Source: Candidatus Poseidoniaceae archaeon (GTDB lineage: Archaea > Thermoplasmatota > Poseidoniia > Poseidoniales > Poseidoniaceae). From it: 64,000 nucleotides of DNA. This document shows positions 57,848 to 64,000 of the stretch, piece after piece; position 1 is the stretch's first letter, and every line of letters starts with the position of its first letter. Where the stretch lies: NCBI GenBank assembly GCA_949372655.1, contig CASIAI010000009.1, positions 156 to 64,155 of the forward strand. Reading direction: 5' to 3'. The notes beneath the pieces are model-generated. The model saw only the letters and a list, made by a program, of their open reading frames with translations. It searched no databases and was not told where the DNA came from. The position numbers and the translations under genes were made by a program.

Positions 57848-58551
57848 TGCTTTCATGGGAGAGTAAAAAGATTGGTTATACCGGTCTTCTAAAATCAACC
57901 ATAAAACTAGCTAAAAAAGCAATTAAATCTGCTAATATTAGGCTTGAAGACATCGGCCTAATAGTTCATGGCGGGGTATTTAGGGAGCACTTTAGAACAG
58001 AACCTGCTTTTGCGACTCATATTCAAGGTGGCCTTGATATTCACTGTAACGGAATCAGTTTTGATAGTCAGGCATGCTTTTCATTTGATGTAACCGATGG
58101 AAGTTGTAGCCCACATGTGGCTTTACAGTCGATTGCCGACCTGTTGCCATCATTGGAAAATAAATTCGCACTACTATGTATTGGTGATGATAGGCCTACC
58201 AAACATTGTGAATGGGATTATGAGTCTTATTGTATAGTTGCAGTAATTGGACAATTAGGGAATGGTCCGCAATTGATTTCGGTTACTCATGATAGTTCTA
58301 AGTTGAATATTGACTCAACAATTACGGGATATTTCGATGAAAACATAAAAGCCAATCGATTTACTAAATCTGGAGCAGTAGAATCTCAACAAACCAACTC
58401 GAGTAAAAACTATTTCTCAGGCGGCCAAAGATGGTTATCAGGCAAGCATATGCACGAATTTTTAGAAAGAATAAATGGACAGAATCATACACTTGAACAT
58501 TGTATAGTAGACCGGTCAGGTAAGTCTACAACAGCCAAGTGGGAGTTTTGA
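57838..58551 (+). CDS. Degenerate KAS III-fold partner (LstB/NltB-like)
   Basis: A..AI..A.I...DIGL...GVFR....EPA.A..IQ...FSFDV.DGSC; lacks the aligned catalytic Cys and the His/Asn half. Confidence 0.72.
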   Translation: MVVMLSWESKKIGYTGLLKSTIKLAKKAIKSANIRLEDIGLIVHGGVFREHFRTEPAFATHIQGGLDIHCNGISFDSQACFSFDVTDGSCSPHVALQSIADLLPSLENKFALLCIGDDRPTKHCEWDYESYCIVAVIGQLGNGPQLISVTHDSSKLNIDSTITGYFDENIKANRFTKSGAVESQQTNSSKNYFSGGQRWLSGKHMHEFLERINGQNHTLEHCIVDRSGKSTTAKWEF

Positions 58552-58553
58552 AA

Positions 58554-60176
58554 ATGAAATTTCAAAGAAGTAAAGAAGATAATTTTCTATTACTTTTTCT
58601 AGTTGTATTATGCCTTTATCACATCATAGCAAGATTTGGTTTAGCAGTAGACTTACAATGGCATACAGATGTTGGAAGAGATAAACTATTCACTCCGCCA
58701 CATATCATGATTCTTGCGGGGATAATTCCAACTAGTCTCATGCTTTCATCCTACATCTTTTGGTATAGTTTTATTTCAAAACAAGACCGAAAGGGGGGAT
58801 TCTATATCGGTCCATTTATTGCACCTACAAGCCTTTGGATGATGGTTTGTGGTTTGATTACTCTTGTACTTGGAGGTCTATATGACGATTTTTGGCATAC
58901 CAGTTATGGCATTGATACAACAATAATAACGCCTCCACATGTTTGGACTTTTGCCGGCGGAATGCTAGTGGAAGTAGCAACTATTGCTTTAGCATTACAA
59001 ATGAAAAACAGACTGAAAGAGAATTGCCCGAAATGGTTAAATTTAATCATTCTAGGAACTTTATGGGCCTTAGTATACCATTTCCATTTGGCTTTTGCTA
59101 ATTTCTTAGACCCTCGTGTTTGGTCGTTTGAGATTCTAAATATCAACATAATTTTACACTTCATTTTTGCCGGTGCTACTTTGATGATTTTTCTTCCATT
59201 GGCTGATAGATGGCTGGGCAAGAATGGAGCGATTTCGTTGTCAGGTTTGTTGCTTGGTTCACAATTATTATTCTTAATTTTAGTACCATTCTTAGTTTCT
59301 ACATTTATGACTAGTGAGCATTTTTTCCGACCAGGCTCACCACATACAACTTGGGCTGCACACTGTCTTCCATGGCTATTGTTGCCTGGATTAATTTTTG
59401 TCAAAAAGTTCTCATCACTTGAAAACCCTAATTCTATGATCGCATTGGTTATTCTTGCAGATGTTGTTTGGTTACCAACATTCATCGATTACATTCCACA
59501 AGAGGTTGGAATTTTTGACACATTGGTTTCTGTTGTTTTCAGCGTAGTAATCCTTAGAGTATTTTGGCAATTATCTCTAGGTTTTGGGGCGTCAGTTGAG
59601 AGATTATCTTTGGATAAACAAATCAGTTTATCTAAATCAAAAAGTAAAAATTCCAAATTATCAGTTCTCAGTATTGTAATGATGATTCTATTCCTGCCTG
59701 TTGTTAGCGGACACACAATTCATTTCTCTGAAGAAGGAGAAGGCTTTGATGCACCTAAGCGTTATCTAATCGATATCGATGATAAATATGTCTGGGTTGA
59801 ATTCATGATGTGGCCTCCTAAAGCAATTACAGATATTGAAGTTATAGTTCTGCCAGCAGAAAATGAAACAGCAGTTATCGATGAGGTTTGGATTGAGGTA
59901 GTATATCCAAATGAAAATGGAGAGGTTAGAATGAGGACAGATATGGAGAATAGAAATGATATTTCAATTTGGAGTGGACAGTTAAATTTCCCGTTTTCAG
60001 GTAACCAATCACTAGAAATTTGGCTTGAAGTAGATGGAGAAACGAATTTCACAACTATTCCAGTAGAGGTTGAGGGGCCGCCGGTTTTACCGGTTTGGTT
60101 GGCTTGGTTGTTAGCGATTTCTTGGCCTGCACTTATGGTTTTAATTTGGAGAAACATTTCGCATAAGATGTCTTAG
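58554..60176 (+). CDS. Polytopic membrane protein with two DxxWH...PPH (PmoC-like) motifs and a C-terminal Ig-like domain
   Basis: DLQWH-x12-H and DDFWH-x13-H; roughly ten TMs; then a signal-like TM, HTIH, a beta domain and a terminal TM. Confidence 0.65.
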   Translation: MKFQRSKEDNFLLLFLVVLCLYHIIARFGLAVDLQWHTDVGRDKLFTPPHIMILAGIIPTSLMLSSYIFWYSFISKQDRKGGFYIGPFIAPTSLWMMVCGLITLVLGGLYDDFWHTSYGIDTTIITPPHVWTFAGGMLVEVATIALALQMKNRLKENCPKWLNLIILGTLWALVYHFHLAFANFLDPRVWSFEILNINIILHFIFAGATLMIFLPLADRWLGKNGAISLSGLLLGSQLLFLILVPFLVSTFMTSEHFFRPGSPHTTWAAHCLPWLLLPGLIFVKKFSSLENPNSMIALVILADVVWLPTFIDYIPQEVGIFDTLVSVVFSVVILRVFWQLSLGFGASVERLSLDKQISLSKSKSKNSKLSVLSIVMMILFLPVVSGHTIHFSEEGEGFDAPKRYLIDIDDKYVWVEFMMWPPKAITDIEVIVLPAENETAVIDEVWIEVVYPNENGEVRMRTDMENRNDISIWSGQLNFPFSGNQSLEIWLEVDGETNFTTIPVEVEGPPVLPVWLAWLLAISWPALMVLIWRNISHKMS

Positions 60177-60183
60177 GGGTGAA

Positions 60184-61155
60184 GTGATGAGAATTGTTGT
60201 TACAGGAGCTACCGGTTCTTTGGGTACGGCACTTATGTATCGATTAAGAGACCAGAATCACTCCTTACTTGGACTTGGACTTTCTGAGGCGAAACTCAAA
60301 TCCTTATCAGATGAAGGATTTGAAATGAAACGTTGCGATATTGGAGACTTAGTAACATTAACCGAATGCGTGGCAGATTGCGATGTAGTGATTCATTGTG
60401 CAGCATTTGCTGCCCCATTTGGTAATAAGAAAAGATTCTTTCAAACCAATGTACAAGGTACAAAGAATGTATTTGAGGCTGTAAAAAATTCGAGTGTATC
60501 AAGGGTAATTGCGATATCTTCTGCCTCAATCTTTGATGGTATGAAACATGATTTACCTCACCGTGATGATACTCCAGAACTCAAATTTAGGCCAAAACAT
60601 CACTATGGTGCAAGTAAATATGATGCTGAATTAGTATGTTTAAGCCAACCTAGAGGTAAATGGGTAGGATTACGCCCACGCGCAGTATTTGGCAAGGGTG
60701 ACCAAACTCTAATTCCAAGATTAAAGAGACTTATCGGTAAGTCTCATTACAAGACAATCGGTAAGGGCGAGAATCTTATTGATGTTACTTGTTTATCCAA
60801 TTTCATCGATGCTGTATGTTTAGCAATCAAAGCACCAAAAGATAGTCTTGGTAAATTTTACAATATCTCAAATGGTGATGCAAGAACATTTAATTCGATA
60901 ATGCAAACCTATACTTCCAAATATTCATCTTCATTTAAGCAGAGAAAAATACCGTACTATCCAGTATTTTTATTGGCTAGTTTCAACAATTTGATCGCTA
61001 ATTTAGTACCAGGCAAAAAATGGGAGCCTAGAATTACTCCATATGGATTAAGGCAGGTCACAACATCTCTAGTCTTGGATATTTCAGGGGCTAAAGATGG
61101 ATTAGGTTGGATTCCTAAAAAGACCTTTGAACAAGGTATGGAGGAATTGGAGTGA
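60184..61155 (+). CDS. NAD(P)-dependent 3beta-HSD/OleD/LstD-like extended SDR
   Basis: TGATGSLG, VIHCAA, NV.GT, YGASK and LRPRAVFGKGD. Confidence 0.9.
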   Translation: MMRIVVTGATGSLGTALMYRLRDQNHSLLGLGLSEAKLKSLSDEGFEMKRCDIGDLVTLTECVADCDVVIHCAAFAAPFGNKKRFFQTNVQGTKNVFEAVKNSSVSRVIAISSASIFDGMKHDLPHRDDTPELKFRPKHHYGASKYDAELVCLSQPRGKWVGLRPRAVFGKGDQTLIPRLKRLIGKSHYKTIGKGENLIDVTCLSNFIDAVCLAIKAPKDSLGKFYNISNGDARTFNSIMQTYTSKYSSSFKQRKIPYYPVFLLASFNNLIANLVPGKKWEPRITPYGLRQVTTSLVLDISGAKDGLGWIPKKTFEQGMEELE

Positions 61156-62441
61156 GTAAATTAAGCACATTATTACGCTATTTCTTTACTCCTAAGAAAT
61201 TTAAATCTCGTAAACAAATAGAACGAATACAAAGCCAAGGAATGAGGAAGCAAGCCAAATTTGTTCGTAAAAACTCACCATTCTATGCACGTCATTGGGA
61301 GGGTATGCAAGACGAGCAATGGCACGATTTTCCATTGATAGATAAGTCGATAATGATGGAAAATCTTGAGGATTTATTGACGGTCAGAATAGATGTTAGC
61401 AAAGCGAACTCATTGGCAGATGAGGCGGAAAAGTCTCGTGATTTCTCTCCAAAAATAGGCCCTTATTCGATAGGCTACTCTTCAGGTACTAGTGGCTCAA
61501 GAGGTATGCATTTTATTAGTGAAAAAGAGCAAGCAGGTTGGGCAGGATTTATGCTATCTAGAGGATTAGACGGGTCAATATTTTCAAAGCATAGAATTGG
61601 TTTAATTTTAAGAGCGAATTCGAATACTTTCGAGTCTGTAGGTTCTAACAGAATAGAATTCAAGTTCTATGACCTCATGAAACCTTTAGAAGAAATTCAT
61701 GAGTCTATTTTACAAGATAAATTAGATATTCTAATTGGCCCTCCGAGCGTTCTTAGATATTTAGCAGATGTGAAATCTCCTCTGAAAGTTCGAAAACTTG
61801 TTTCTGCTGCTGAAGTATTAGATGAGATAGACAGAACGCATATTGAGGCGCATTTTGGTCAAATTGTTCACCAGTTTTATTCATCTACTGAAGGAGAAAT
61901 TGCCGCTACTTGTGAGCATGGAACATTACACTTGAATGAAGAAATAATGGTTATTCAGAAGCAATGGGTTGATGAGGAAAAAGGCTGGTATCATCCAATA
62001 ATTTCAGATTTCAAGAGAAAAACACAGCCTATCATTAGGTATAGGTTGAACGATATTTTGGTTGCTTCAAAGCAACCATGCAAGTGTGGTGATGCACGAG
62101 AATCCATTGAATCAATTATGGGAAGACAAGATGATATTTTTCTGCTTGAAAGGAAATCAGGAGATGGCTTTGAGCAAGTAATTCCAGATTTTATTAGACG
62201 AGCAGTAATGCAAATGCATCCCGATATAACCGCCTATTGTGCAATTCAAAAGTCACCAGAAGAGATTGAGATACAACTTCTCCCAGAGGGGCTTCAAGAA
62301 ATTTCCTTCCAAGGATTTGAACAAGTTTGGAAAAATATGAAAACGATTCAACCGACGATTTCTTTGGCTAAATATTCATTCAAGCCCTCGACTAAGAAAC
62401 TTAGAAGAATCCGAAGAGATTTTGAATTACCATTCAAATAG
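61152..62441 (+). CDS. Adenylate-forming enzyme (F390 synthetase/PaaK-related)
   Basis: SPFY, YSSGTSGSRG, HQFYSSTEG, IIRYRLNDIL and GRQDD. Confidence 0.88.
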   Translation: MSKLSTLLRYFFTPKKFKSRKQIERIQSQGMRKQAKFVRKNSPFYARHWEGMQDEQWHDFPLIDKSIMMENLEDLLTVRIDVSKANSLADEAEKSRDFSPKIGPYSIGYSSGTSGSRGMHFISEKEQAGWAGFMLSRGLDGSIFSKHRIGLILRANSNTFESVGSNRIEFKFYDLMKPLEEIHESILQDKLDILIGPPSVLRYLADVKSPLKVRKLVSAAEVLDEIDRTHIEAHFGQIVHQFYSSTEGEIAATCEHGTLHLNEEIMVIQKQWVDEEKGWYHPIISDFKRKTQPIIRYRLNDILVASKQPCKCGDARESIESIMGRQDDIFLLERKSGDGFEQVIPDFIRRAVMQMHPDITAYCAIQKSPEEIEIQLLPEGLQEISFQGFEQVWKNMKTIQPTISLAKYSFKPSTKKLRRIRRDFELPFK

Positions 62442-62493
62442 TCGACACTAAAAGACCGCTGAATTCAAACATAAGCGGTAGTTGGGTTTTGAC

Positions 62494-64000
62494 ATGCGCA
62501 TTCGTGTACAAGCTGTTGGTCTTATGTTCTTGATGGTTCTAGCACCACTTTCAGGTTGCTTTGGCGAAAACGAAGTTCAATCTCTTGAAGAATCGTCTCT
62601 AACAGTTGTTGAGTCTGATTCGCTTGAGGCTGGAATGTGGCAAACTATAACGCTCGATGCAAATGATGACCTAGCAGTCTTCATTCCGTACTTCATACAA
62701 GACCCTGGTTCGATGCGTGCTCAAAACGGTACTGTACTCGACATGAACTCTGGTGAACAGATAAGTGTCAACCTCTTACTACCTCCAAGGAACGACAAGG
62801 TAGTCTTCTTCGTTGGAGATATTGGCCGTGTCGATTGGCCAATTCGACAAGCAGACGAGTCTTGGACCAAATGGCTTGAAAATCCGAACAGCGGTTCTGC
62901 TGTACAGGCGGTTGAAAATCAAGATGTAGGAGGAATGTGGCCTTGGTTGGTTCCTGGAAATCAATCCGGAGGTGATGTTATTTCTCTTGTTCTAGAAACA
63001 AGCCGGCCGTTCCGTGCTGACCTAACAGAAGAGAACGGAGTTGGTGCAAGTGATGGTTGGGTCAATGGCAGAGATGTCTATGACTGGGTCGATTTCATTA
63101 CCGACGATACTCCTTGTGCTACGTGCGGTGCAGATGGAGCAGTTGGCTATCTCGATCGCTGGATTGGAAATGCAAACCCTTCGTATGAGCACGCAATTAC
63201 CTATTTCGAAGGCGTAATGCAGGGCTACGGATTAGATAGGGTTGAAGTTCATCGTTTCCAATCGAATACAGCCTGGGCGGTCAACATTTGCGGATACAAA
63301 GATGGATCAGTCTATCCAGATGAATGGCTCGTCTTTGGCGCACACTTTGATATTGCACCTCCTGTGGCTTATACTCCAGGAGCTGAGATCGGCGTTCCAG
63401 GTTACGGAACCAGGCACGGTGCTTACGACAATGCAGCAGGGTCGAGCATGGTGTTGACCACAGCTAGCGTCCTTGCAGAATTCGATGCTCGTCGAACGAT
63501 GGTCTTCTGTTTGTGGTCTTCTGAAGAAGAAGGCTTGTGGGGTTCACGTTCGTTCGCTAACGACCTTCCAGATGGAATTACAGTGAGCAATTATCTGAAT
63601 CTAGACATGGCTGGCGTCAATTATCCAGGTGATTATGCACTCTCTGTATATCTTGGCCCGGATGGGACTCAGGAAGCGATTGACCAAGCAGGTATGTATT
63701 ACTTGGCGGAATGGATTGGTGCAGATGCACTCGATCTAGGTTACGAGATAGATCGTGGAAGAGAAGCCTGGCTTGAGGGTGGAGAGAGCCCATTATGGGG
63801 CGATATCTACGAAGATACTGTCGCAATTTACGAATCACCAACCGCTCGAAGTGACCATGACTCGTTTCAAAACCTCGGTGTTGCAACCCTTGGATGGAAT
63901 GGTTTGGTGGATGGCTATCCGTGTTACCATCGTGAATGCGATACGATGGAGACCATGATTGACTACATGGGTACAGATAATTCCACAGGAATTAACAATC
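62494..64000 (+). CDS. M28 family metallopeptidase lipoprotein, runs off the 3' end (absent from ORF track)
   Basis: ATG at 62494, lipobox LSGC, GAHFD, GAYDNAAG, SEEEGLWGS, NLDM and RSDH..F. Confidence 0.88.
   Translation, partial: MRIRVQAVGLMFLMVLAPLSGCFGENEVQSLEESSLTVVESDSLEAGMWQTITLDANDDLAVFIPYFIQDPGSMRAQNGTVLDMNSGEQISVNLLLPPRNDKVVFFVGDIGRVDWPIRQADESWTKWLENPNSGSAVQAVENQDVGGMWPWLVPGNQSGGDVISLVLETSRPFRADLTEENGVGASDGWVNGRDVYDWVDFITDDTPCATCGADGAVGYLDRWIGNANPSYEHAITYFEGVMQGYGLDRVEVHRFQSNTAWAVNICGYKDGSVYPDEWLVFGAHFDIAPPVAYTPGAEIGVPGYGTRHGAYDNAAGSSMVLTTASVLAEFDARRTMVFCLWSSEEEGLWGSRSFANDLPDGITVSNYLNLDMAGVNYPGDYALSVYLGPDGTQEAIDQAGMYYLAEWIGADALDLGYEIDRGREAWLEGGESPLWGDIYEDTVAIYESPTARSDHDSFQNLGVATLGWNGLVDGYPCYHRECDTMETMIDYMGTDNSTGINN

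Noticed and set aside
58554-60176. Methane or ammonia monooxygenase
   Set aside because: Only motif-level similarity to subunit C; no A or B subunits, and the context is biosynthetic.
6296-63958. Many short antisense or out-of-frame ORFs in the track (e.g. 10067..10405, 45557..45901, 58904..59485, 63617..63886)
   Set aside because: Shadows of well-supported genes, with low-complexity Ser/Pro-rich translations and no motifs.

Overview
Archaeal genomic DNA. The archaeal-type aIF1A, RIO1, Dim2, uS2 and RNase Z, an 11-subunit-type complex I operon, a photolyase and many large CARDB/PKD/TSP3 surface proteins and peptidases point to a marine Thermoplasmatota, most likely Marine Group II (Ca. Poseidoniales); this taxonomy is inferred. 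Layout: putative Mn transporter (partial); AT-rich accessory island at about 1.1-5.5 kb; hydrolases and surface proteins at 5.5-33 kb; nuoABCDHIJ1J2KLMN at 33.3-45.2 kb; translation and ribosome-biogenesis genes; then an accessory biosynthetic operon at 56.8-62.4 kb. Four signals stand out. (1) A small HNH nuclease gene sits in the loop of a multi-helix fold (4868-5459) whose G-U pairs work only on the coding strand. (2) A five-gene operon resembles lipstatin/nocardiolactone (LstA/LstB/LstD-like) beta-lactone or olefin chemistry and includes a membrane protein with two PmoC-like metal-site motifs. (3) A solo Cas4-like nuclease has about four transmembrane helices inserted in it. (4) An unannotated C/D box sRNA (52462-52529) probably guides 2'-O-methylation of C34 in tRNA-Met. 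I saw no CRISPR array, rRNA, tRNA, integrase or transposase. All family calls and RNA pairings were made by eye, not by database search or folding software.
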